From a bacterium (GTDB lineage Bacteria; Myxococcota_A; UBA9160; UBA6930), in contig JAAELW010000079.1 of the NCBI GenBank assembly GCA_024226235.1, forward strand, positions 366 to 64,365: 64,000 nt of DNA, read 5' to 3'. A program made the translations under genes and the position numbers. This document shows positions 35,888 through 43,287 of the stretch, one piece after another. Below the pieces are notes generated by a model, which was not told the origin of the DNA, did no database searches, and worked only from the letters and a program-made list of their open reading frames with translations. Numbering within the stretch: position 1 is the first letter of the stretch; each line of letters begins with the position of its first letter.

Positions 35888-36885
35888 TAGATCTGCTCCG
35901 GAAATTCTTCACGGGGAACGTCGGGCTCACCGGTGGGCTCCCAGCGCTCGATCACGTTCCCAGTGGTGAAGATCATCCAGCTGTTGTCCACGTTGTCGAC
36001 GTTGCGCTCGGCGACGGGCTTGAAAATCGCACGCAGGCGCATTCCCTCTCGGAACTCGTCCACGGGAATGTTGTAGATGTTCTGCATGGTGAGGGGTTGG
36101 TCCGAGCCGTCGAGGAAGATCGATGCGCTGACATAGGGCTCCGTCTCCGTCTGGCCCTTGTACTGGATCGGCGTGATCACCGTAAAGGAGGTGGCCGTGC
36201 CCGTGGGAGCGAGTTCCACGTCGTCAGCCTCGGTCATCAGCACGCGCGCCATTGGGTCGTAGCCCTTGCCCGGAATGGAGACACTGCCACTCACGGGGCT
36301 ACGCTGCCCAATGAACTTCCCATCGAGCAGCCCCTGCGCATAGCGAGCGCGGGACGGGTAGAGGTTCTCGTCGAACGTGAGCGAAATCAGGTGCGTGCTG
36401 ATTTCTACCTCACCCTCACCCGGCTCGATGGCCATGTCCAGCGCATCGGCTTCGGGCACGAAATAGACATCGCTGATTGCACCGGTGCGTTCCTCGCGGA
36501 ACTGCGCCTTCACCCGCATGCCGTTCGACATGGCCTCCGGGCCCGAAGCCTTGACAGCGTGGGTCATCGCGGTGTCGGCCCCGTCCAGCTTCACCTGCGC
36601 AAACGCAAAGGGTTCCCGGAAAGGATGTTTGCGCGAAGGCTCGGCAATCCATGTCCAGAACTCGACACACCCCATGGGCCCGACTTCGACGAAGTCCGGG
36701 CTCAGGGTCTCGCCCGTTTCCGGGTCGAACTCAAGCGGCGGACAGAGGACGCGACTCCCACATCGGATACCCAGGATGCGACCATCACGGAGTGCGGTCA
36801 GGAAGGGTCCGATCACGGGGCCGAGGGTCCGGGTGTAGGGATACTCGAGGGTAAAGGAGGTAGGAAATTCCGACATGGCCACCAT
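35887..36885 (-). CDS. Tandem double DUF35/OB-fold protein (degenerate zinc ribbons)
   Basis: 332 aa. The first half has RCGSRVLCPP..EFDPETGE plus an OB-like segment. The second half repeats the OB-like pattern without Cys. There is a 1-nt stop/start overlap with the downstream thiolase-fold gene. Confidence 0.65.
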   Translation of the reverse strand: MVAMSEFPTSFTLEYPYTRTLGPVIGPFLTALRDGRILGIRCGSRVLCPPLEFDPETGETLSPDFVEVGPMGCVEFWTWIAEPSRKHPFREPFAFAQVKLDGADTAMTHAVKASGPEAMSNGMRVKAQFREERTGAISDVYFVPEADALDMAIEPGEGEVEISTHLISLTFDENLYPSRARYAQGLLDGKFIGQRSPVSGSVSIPGKGYDPMARVLMTEADDVELAPTGTATSFTVITPIQYKGQTETEPYVSASIFLDGSDQPLTMQNIYNIPVDEFREGMRLRAIFKPVAERNVDNVDNSWMIFTTGNVIERWEPTGEPDVPREEFPEQI

Positions 36886-36942
36886 GTTCTTGTTGCGAGA
36901 TCAGTTGGCGCGTGGCCACAGATCCGGTTGTCAGCCCTCGCT

Positions 36943-38523
36943 TCAGGGAGCCAGGTATTGGGCGGCCAGCTCCGCTGCGTTGAGTCCGCCGGCCATCGCG
37001 TTGCTGACACCTCCCCCCGGACGGACCCAATGGCCACACAGAAAGATGTTCTCGACGGGTGATCGCTGCGGGATGGAATCCTGCACCTGGTTTGGCGAGT
37101 AGCGCCAACCCACGTAGGCACCGCCGCGATTCTCGGTAAACCGCTCGATCGTGACGGGTGTCGCCAGCTCCAGCACCTCGGCGTGCTTCTCGAGATCGGG
37201 GATACCGAGAGCCCGCTCCATCTTCTCGATCAGCTGCGGGAGCAGGCGATCCTTCAGGGCCTTGTAGGCGCGACCGCGGTGCCGATCCGTACCGAGCGCT
37301 TCTTCGTAGATCTCCGGTGACGCGAGAAGCATCGTAGCCACGATGCTCTTGCCCTTGGGGCAACAGGTCGGATCGATATTGCTGTAGATCGTCGCCGCCG
37401 CCCAGGGAAGATCCGAGTAGTCGCCGCTGACGGCGCCCTTCACGAAGAATGGTGAGTCGCCGCCAGCCTTCCAACTGCGAGAGATCTCGCAGTCGGTGAT
37501 GCCCATGGCGGGCAGGTCCAGGTCGAGACCCGCGAAGAGAGTCAGAGCGGAGATGCTCGGGCGCCGCTGGTTGATGCCTCGTACATACTCGTCGGGCAGG
37601 GTCCCCTGCGGACACAGTCTGCTCGCAAATGCAGTCACATCCCCCCCGTGAATCACAGTACGCGCCCGCGCCGAGATCGAGCGGCCTGCTCTCCGTCGCG
37701 AGACGATGCCCGAGGCACGGCCCCCGTCGAAGCTGATCTCACTGACACCCTGGTCGAGAAGCAGCGTGCCACCTCGCTCCTCGAAGAGCTCGGCGAGCAC
37801 CTGGGTCATCCGCCCCGAGCCACCCTTCGGATAGTAGGCCTGGCCACCGCCGACGCGAAACACCAGATCGCACATGATGGCAAGACTGGCATCGAGTTCG
37901 TTCGAACTCGTGCCCAGGAAACCGCTCGGGATGGCGAGCATCAGCTCGATCAGATCGGGATCCGAAACGTGTTCCCTCAACACCTCCGGAGCCTTCCTTC
38001 CGCCGAGGCCTGAATAAAGCTCCACTTCTTCGGCCAGCTTGCTGGATTCCTCGACAACCAGGTCCTCGCCGGCGTCTTGAGCCGTCAACAGGGCCTCGGC
38101 CATGGAACCGTACTTCCCATAGAAGCTGCGTATGCCCTCCTGCTCGTCGGGAAAGTTCTTGATCAGCATCTCGACGTGTCCGTCCAGAGCCCAGGGAAGC
38201 GTGACATCCGTGCCGCGCTCCTCGTCCACCCTGCGCCCGAAATCGTCGAGATGAATGAACTCGACGCGCTCCTGTGCGCCGATCCGCTCGAGAAGCCGGT
38301 AGGTCATCCCCCCCGGAGCACAGCCATTGATCACGTGGTTCGACGCCTCGAAGCGGTAGCCTTTGCGCTCGAAGTTCACGGTGCATCCACCAGGTACGCC
38401 GTGTTTCTCGAGCATCAGCACGCGATGCCCAGAAGCCGCCAGTGAGTTTCCCGCCATCAGGCCGGCCAATCCCGCACCGATCACGATCGCGTCGAACTCG
38501 CCGAGGTCTTCGATCTCAGTCAT
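36943..38523 (-). CDS. CrtI/phytoene-desaturase-family (RetSat-like) NAD(P)/FAD-dependent oxidoreductase
   Basis: FDAIVIGAGLAGLMAGNSLAASGHRVLMLEKHGVPGG, with C-terminal ..FLCGHWVRPGGGV. ATG at 38523 is preceded by GAGGAG. Confidence 0.8.
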   Translation of the reverse strand: MTEIEDLGEFDAIVIGAGLAGLMAGNSLAASGHRVLMLEKHGVPGGCTVNFERKGYRFEASNHVINGCAPGGMTYRLLERIGAQERVEFIHLDDFGRRVDEERGTDVTLPWALDGHVEMLIKNFPDEQEGIRSFYGKYGSMAEALLTAQDAGEDLVVEESSKLAEEVELYSGLGGRKAPEVLREHVSDPDLIELMLAIPSGFLGTSSNELDASLAIMCDLVFRVGGGQAYYPKGGSGRMTQVLAELFEERGGTLLLDQGVSEISFDGGRASGIVSRRRAGRSISARARTVIHGGDVTAFASRLCPQGTLPDEYVRGINQRRPSISALTLFAGLDLDLPAMGITDCEISRSWKAGGDSPFFVKGAVSGDYSDLPWAAATIYSNIDPTCCPKGKSIVATMLLASPEIYEEALGTDRHRGRAYKALKDRLLPQLIEKMERALGIPDLEKHAEVLELATPVTIERFTENRGGAYVGWRYSPNQVQDSIPQRSPVENIFLCGHWVRPGGGVSNAMAGGLNAAELAAQYLAP

Positions 38524-38710
38524 GCAAGGCTCCTCTTGGTGCCGATCCGGCGTCAGGGCACAGGGCTCTCTCCGCACGGAATCTGGAATCAGGCCCCCGA
38601 CGATAGACCGGTTCGGGATCTCCGGACAAGTGGACCAATATCCACCGGGTCCGGGGACCCCGCTGCAGGCTGTTTCGTGACCGGGAGCCCGAACCTGGAG
38701 ATATCCCCTG

Positions 38711-39259
38711 CTAGTCGATGAACGCCCACAGAAGCCGCCGGCTCTTCGCGTCGAGGCCGTCCGGGTTCGGCACCAGGTAGAGATCTCCAGCGACATCCTT
38801 GATCAGGAGTCCGTCCCCTGACATCCCCCGGGGCCACTCATCCCGAAGCGTCTGGAAGCTCCGCATGCCCTGGGCGGTCCGGACGCGGAATCTGCGGATC
38901 TCGATCTCCTCTTCCACTTCGAGCACGGCCTCGACGACGAACACGAAGCCCGCCTCGAGAAGCGCCGTCCCGAGCGCCCGCTGCGCCGTGTACGGGAGAT
39001 CGCTGAGATCGCGCACGAGCGCCACCTCGTCTTCGTCGCGATCGCGGAGCGAGACGAAGCGAGTGGGTTTCGACCAGGGGAAGCAGCGCACCGGGCGCAC
39101 CGAGCATGTGCGATCGGCAGTGCGTGCCCACAGCTGACCGTCGGAGCCGCGCCAGAGTTCGACGCCCGGCATCGGCCGCCGCGGAGCCTGATGGGTAACG
39201 GCCCGTCCCCGCCGCGCGCGTGTCAGGTCCTTCTTCTCTCTCTTCTGGATATCGGTCAT
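38711..39259 (-). CDS. DUF1854 family protein
   Basis: Pattern CFPWSKPTRFVSLRD..DEVALVRDLSDL......LLIKDVAGDLYLVPNPDGLDAKSRRLLWAFID matches my recollection of DUF1854. It starts 10 nt after the ABC gene stop. Confidence 0.7.
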   Translation of the reverse strand: MTDIQKREKKDLTRARRGRAVTHQAPRRPMPGVELWRGSDGQLWARTADRTCSVRPVRCFPWSKPTRFVSLRDRDEDEVALVRDLSDLPYTAQRALGTALLEAGFVFVVEAVLEVEEEIEIRRFRVRTAQGMRSFQTLRDEWPRGMSGDGLLIKDVAGDLYLVPNPDGLDAKSRRLLWAFID

Positions 39260-39269
39260 GGTCGTCCTC

Positions 39270-41576
39270 TCACTCGTTCTCTTGACCTTGGAGTTGCTGC
39301 TGCAACTGCCAGAGGTGCCGGAATGTCCCGTCGGGTTTCTCCAGCAGTTCGGTGGGCGTCCCACTCTCGGTGAGCCGCCCGTCTTCGATCACGAAGATGC
39401 GATCGGCTCTTCGCAAGGTGGAGAGCCTGTGCGCGATTGCGAACACGGTGCGCCCGGAGGTCAGTCGCTCGAGAGCTTCCTGGATCTTGAACTCGGTCTC
39501 GGTATCGACCGAGCTGGTCGCCTCGTCGAGCACCAGGATGCGCGGATCGTGCAGGATGGCCCGGGCGATCGAGATGCGCTGACGTTCCCCGCCAGAGAGC
39601 GTCTGCCCGCGTTCACCTACCATCGTCTCGTAGCCACTGGGCAACTTGCAGAGGAAATCGTGAGCGTTTGCGGTCGTGGCGGCCTCGACCACATCGTCCA
39701 CACTCGCCTCCGGCGAGCCGTAACGGATGTTCTCCATCACCGTCCCATGAAAGAGGTACGGATCCTGGAGGACCATCCCGAGCTGCCGCCGGAAGCTGCC
39801 CGTTTCGAGCTGCCGCACGTCGATGCCGTCGATCAGCACGCACCCGCCGGTCACGTCGTAGAAGCGTGCTAGCAGGTTCGTCACCGTGGTCTTCCCACCG
39901 CCGGACGGGCCGACGAGACCGACCATCTCCCCGGACTCCACCGCGAACGAGATCCCCTGTACCACCTGGCGCACGCCGTCATAGCCGAACGTCACGTTCT
40001 GGAACTCGACCTTGCCTTCGAGGGGCTCGAGCCGCACGGGGCGACCCTTGTCGACCACCTGGGGCTCCGTATCCAGGACCTCGAAAATGCGATGGGCCGA
40101 GCTGGTCGCCCGGTTCATGATGCGCGCCATCTGCCCGATGATCTCGATCGGCTGGATGAACATGGTCATGTAGAGCAGGAACGCGATGAACGTCCCCGAA
40201 GTGAGAGTGGCCTCCAGGCCGGAATCGCCCGGCAGCACCCGCGGCAGAGCGAACACCCAGACGAGCACGACCATCCCGCGCACTGCCAACATCAATGCCG
40301 GCCAGAACGACGTCCAGACTTCGTGAATTCGATTGAACTCATCGGTCACGTTGTGATTGCGAGCACCGAAACGCTGCTTCTCCCTGCCCTCCTGATGGAA
40401 GGCCTTCACGACCTTCATGCCCGGAACCGTGTCGGACACGATGTCCGTCAGCGCGCTCCACTTGCGCCAGGCCCTCAGGAACAGGCGGTTCATTCGATGG
40501 CCGTGGATGTAGACCCACAGACACAGGAACGGCACCGGCAATGTCATGATCAACCCGAGCTTCCAATCCAGGTGGATCAGCACCGCCGAGAGCCCGACCA
40601 ACATCACCAACGAGAGCGATACATCGACGATCCCGAGCGCCAGGAACTCCCAGAGCCGGTCCGTATCCGCAGTCACCCGGGTGATCAGGCTGCCGGTCTT
40701 CTTGCGCGAGTAGAACGAGAGCGACAGCTTCTGCAGGTGCTCGTAGAGCTCGGTGCGGAGATCCCGCGCCACGTGTTCGCCCAGTACGGCCATCCATCGC
40801 AGGCGCGCCCAGGCCGCCAGCTGCCGCAGGAAGTAGCTTCCGGCGATGGCGCCAACCGCGGTCCAGGCGACTTGCTCCACCTCGGCGAGGGTCTTCACCC
40901 CATCCTGGACCGGACGAATCACCTCGTCGACGAGGAAGCCCGTCAGGTAGGGCGGCACGAGCGAGAGCGCTGTCAGTACCGCTGCCGATGCCATGCCGAA
41001 GATGACCTTCCCCCGATAGGGCTGCAGGTAGCCCAGCAGGCGCCAGACGACGGCCAGATCGTTTCCCGCAACGAGGGCCTGCGCCTCCCGGATGGGCCCG
41101 GCAACGCTGTCCACATACTCTCCGTCAGCATCCGCAGAAAGTTCCGCCGGCGAGCCTTCGAGAGCGCGTTCGACCAGGAACTGCAGACTTTCCATCGCAC
41201 GCCGCTGACGGTGGGTAAAACGCACCCGGGCGAGCGCCGGCTGCCCGGGCTCACCGAGAAAGCGCAATGTATTGCAGGTGAGGCCCGGATCGAGCCGCAT
41301 CGCGTGGATCGCCTCGCGGGCAAACGTCTGCACTTCGAGCTCGCCGCTGACGGCACGGGCAATGGCCACATGGCGCGGCCCGAGGGCGACCCACGATTCG
41401 GTGAGCTTCAGGCTTCCGTCGAGGTCGGCCAGCGCATACAGCTGAACCGGATCGCCACCCCAGCCATCCTCGATGGCCTGGCGCACGGCTCGCGGCATCG
41501 AGATGGGCTGATCGGTGTAGCGCTCGAGGATCTGGCGGTCTGTATTGACGGGTGTTCGGGTCGAGTGGGTGAGCAT
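39270..41576 (-). CDS. ABC exporter, fused permease/ATPase, with a ~170-aa N-terminal cytoplasmic extension
   Basis: Six-helix TMD, Walker A GPSGGGKTT, signature LSGGERQRI, Walker B ILVLDEATS. The first ~170 aa have no TM helix. Confidence 0.9.
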   Translation of the reverse strand: MLTHSTRTPVNTDRQILERYTDQPISMPRAVRQAIEDGWGGDPVQLYALADLDGSLKLTESWVALGPRHVAIARAVSGELEVQTFAREAIHAMRLDPGLTCNTLRFLGEPGQPALARVRFTHRQRRAMESLQFLVERALEGSPAELSADADGEYVDSVAGPIREAQALVAGNDLAVVWRLLGYLQPYRGKVIFGMASAAVLTALSLVPPYLTGFLVDEVIRPVQDGVKTLAEVEQVAWTAVGAIAGSYFLRQLAAWARLRWMAVLGEHVARDLRTELYEHLQKLSLSFYSRKKTGSLITRVTADTDRLWEFLALGIVDVSLSLVMLVGLSAVLIHLDWKLGLIMTLPVPFLCLWVYIHGHRMNRLFLRAWRKWSALTDIVSDTVPGMKVVKAFHQEGREKQRFGARNHNVTDEFNRIHEVWTSFWPALMLAVRGMVVLVWVFALPRVLPGDSGLEATLTSGTFIAFLLYMTMFIQPIEIIGQMARIMNRATSSAHRIFEVLDTEPQVVDKGRPVRLEPLEGKVEFQNVTFGYDGVRQVVQGISFAVESGEMVGLVGPSGGGKTTVTNLLARFYDVTGGCVLIDGIDVRQLETGSFRRQLGMVLQDPYLFHGTVMENIRYGSPEASVDDVVEAATTANAHDFLCKLPSGYETMVGERGQTLSGGERQRISIARAILHDPRILVLDEATSSVDTETEFKIQEALERLTSGRTVFAIAHRLSTLRRADRIFVIEDGRLTESGTPTELLEKPDGTFRHLWQLQQQLQGQENE

Positions 41577-41626
41577 CGGATGGGCTTTCTTGCCCGGGTC
41601 CGAGCCCTGGAAGGTCGATCAAACGA

Positions 41627-41662
41627 AAACGGCCTTCCGGGCTCGCACCCGGAAGGCCGTTT
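41627..41662 (-). terminator. Rho-independent terminator (minus-strand direction)
   Basis: Perfect 15-bp stem AAACGGCCTTCCGGG / CCCGGAAGGCCGTTT with a 6-nt loop. On the minus transcript it is followed by UUUUCGUUUG. It sits between the small ORF stop (41677) and the ABC start (41576). Confidence 0.85.
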
Positions 41663-41676
41663 GAAACGGCGGATTC

Positions 41677-41859
41677 CTAGGGTGCTGGGATTCTGCGAAT
41701 GGGCTGGTGCTTCTTGGCCGGACCACGGGGAACCCCGAAGAGGGACAGGCGATCGTCACCGATGAGGATGACGGGGGCGCAACACGCACCAGCGGCCGTG
41801 ACGACCGCATCGCGTTCCCGGATTTGCTGGCTCCGGGTCTGCCTCATGATCTGACTCAT
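41677..41859 (-). CDS. Small basic ORF (60 aa) with an adjacent Cys-Cys pair; hypothetical
   Basis: Sequence MSQIMRQTRSQQIRERDAVVTAAGACCAPVILIGDDRLSLFGVPRGPAKKHQPIRRIPAP. GGAGG lies 14 nt upstream, a promoter-like element upstream, and a strong terminator directly downstream. Third-position GC is about 73% by my count, similar to neighbouring genes. Confidence 0.45.
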   Translation of the reverse strand: MSQIMRQTRSQQIRERDAVVTAAGACCAPVILIGDDRLSLFGVPRGPAKKHQPIRRIPAP

Positions 41860-41893
41860 GGTCTGTGGGTACACCTCCGGCAGTTGAAAATGC

Positions 41894-41922
41894 ACCATAG
41901 TCGGGTGCCCAGGCCAAAGCAA
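41894..41922 (-). promoter_or_regulatory. Sigma70-like promoter candidate for the small ORF / ABC leader
   Basis: Minus strand reads TTGCTT (41922-41917), 17 nt, then TATGGT (41899-41894). It is about 35 nt upstream of the small-ORF ATG. Confidence 0.45.
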
Positions 41923-41954
41923 GCGAGAACTTGGACGCGCTACCCTCGACCACC

Positions 41955-43157
41955 ATGTGTGATACCGCTGTCCGAGTGCTTCCGGATCGCGTGCTGTTCG
42001 CGAAGAACTCGGACCGCGATCCGAACGAAGCCCAGCTCTTGGAGTGGCAGCCGGCCCGCGAGCACCGGGCCGGCTCGCCGTTGCGCTGCACCTGGATCCG
42101 GATTCCCCAAGCCCGGCGAACTCATGCGGTGCTGCTCTCGCGGCCCTTCTGGATGTGGGGCGCCGAGATCGGCGCAAACGAGCATGGCGTGGTGATCGGC
42201 AACGAGGCCGTATTCACCAATCAGCCCCTCGGACCGGCCAGCCTGACGGGGATGGATCTGCTTCGACTGGGGCTCGAGCGCGCATCGAGCGCCGAGCAGG
42301 CCCTCGCCGTGATCACCCAACTGCTCGCAGAGCACGGCCAGGGCGGAGGCTGCGGACATGAAGACCGCTCCTTCTCGTACCACAACAGCTACATCATCGC
42401 GGATCCTCGCTGCGCGTTCGTGCTCGAGACCGCCGGCCAGGAATGGACCAGCGAGCGGGTCGTAGGTGCGAGAAGCATCTCGAACGGACTCACGATCGAG
42501 CCCTTCGCAAACCGATACATGGATGGTCTTCGGACGAAGGCGGCCAGCGCGCGAGCGCGGCGCGCTTGCACCGAAGCACGCGCCGCCGTTGCCAAGACCC
42601 CTGCCGACATGATGGCGCTCCTGCGAGACCACGGGAGCCACCACATCGGGCCGCAATACGCGAAATTCAATGGCGGAATGGGTGCACCGTGTGTCCATGC
42701 AGGGGGCCTCGTAGTGAACTCACAAACGACGGGTTCTTGGGTCGCCGAACTCTCCCCGGATCGGGTTTCCCACTGGGTCACCGCTACCGCAGCGCCCTGC
42801 ACATCGCTGTTCAAGCCAATCGCGGTGGACGAACCCCTCGACCTGGGCCCGGAACCCACGGACCAATACGATCCGACGACACTCTGGTGGCGACACGAAC
42901 GCCTGCACCGGCAGTTGATGCGGGACCCGGAAGGCCTGATGAGCGCGATCGTCCAGGAACGCGACCACATCGAAGCGGGTTGGCTGGGGGAGCCTCCGAA
43001 CCCGGAAAAGGCCTTTGCCGAAGGTGACCGGCTGCTTGAAAATTGGACCGACCGCGCATTGGCTGCCAGCATGTCGGACCGGCGGCCCTTCTGGGCCCGC
43101 CGGTACTGGAAGAGTCGCGCCGATCGAGCGGGCTTCCCGGGTGATGGAAGGGGCTGA
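41955..43157 (+). CDS. Ntn-hydrolase, peptidase C69 / secernin-like (N-terminal Cys nucleophile)
   Basis: ATG at 41955 gives MCDTAVRVLPDRVLFAKNSDRDPNE, with Cys directly after Met as in C69/secernin-type Ntn hydrolases. Later block WGAEIGANEHGVVIGNEAV. Confidence 0.7.
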   Translation: MCDTAVRVLPDRVLFAKNSDRDPNEAQLLEWQPAREHRAGSPLRCTWIRIPQARRTHAVLLSRPFWMWGAEIGANEHGVVIGNEAVFTNQPLGPASLTGMDLLRLGLERASSAEQALAVITQLLAEHGQGGGCGHEDRSFSYHNSYIIADPRCAFVLETAGQEWTSERVVGARSISNGLTIEPFANRYMDGLRTKAASARARRACTEARAAVAKTPADMMALLRDHGSHHIGPQYAKFNGGMGAPCVHAGGLVVNSQTTGSWVAELSPDRVSHWVTATAAPCTSLFKPIAVDEPLDLGPEPTDQYDPTTLWWRHERLHRQLMRDPEGLMSAIVQERDHIEAGWLGEPPNPEKAFAEGDRLLENWTDRALAASMSDRRPFWARRYWKSRADRAGFPGDGRG

Positions 43158-43287
43158 GCGTCTGGTGCTGCAGTTCGAGATCGGTTGACATCCCCGCAAC
43201 GTCCTGGATCCTTGGTGATTCCGGCTCCCGGCCCCGGCACGATGGACGCGCCACTGGGACTCCACTGAAACACCCCTGGAGGGACCC

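Noticed and set aside
40092-41765. 557-aa + strand ORF over the ABC exporter and its leader
   Set aside because: It is antisense to a gene with Walker A/B and signature motifs, and is a shadow ORF. The same reasoning rejects 41707..42195 (+) and the upstream part of 41677..42177 (-) beyond the 60-aa ORF.
43185-43190. TTGACA hexamer upstream of asd as a -35 element
   Set aside because: There is no acceptable -10 hexamer at 16-19 nt spacing (tccttg/atcctt), so it is not reported as a promoter.
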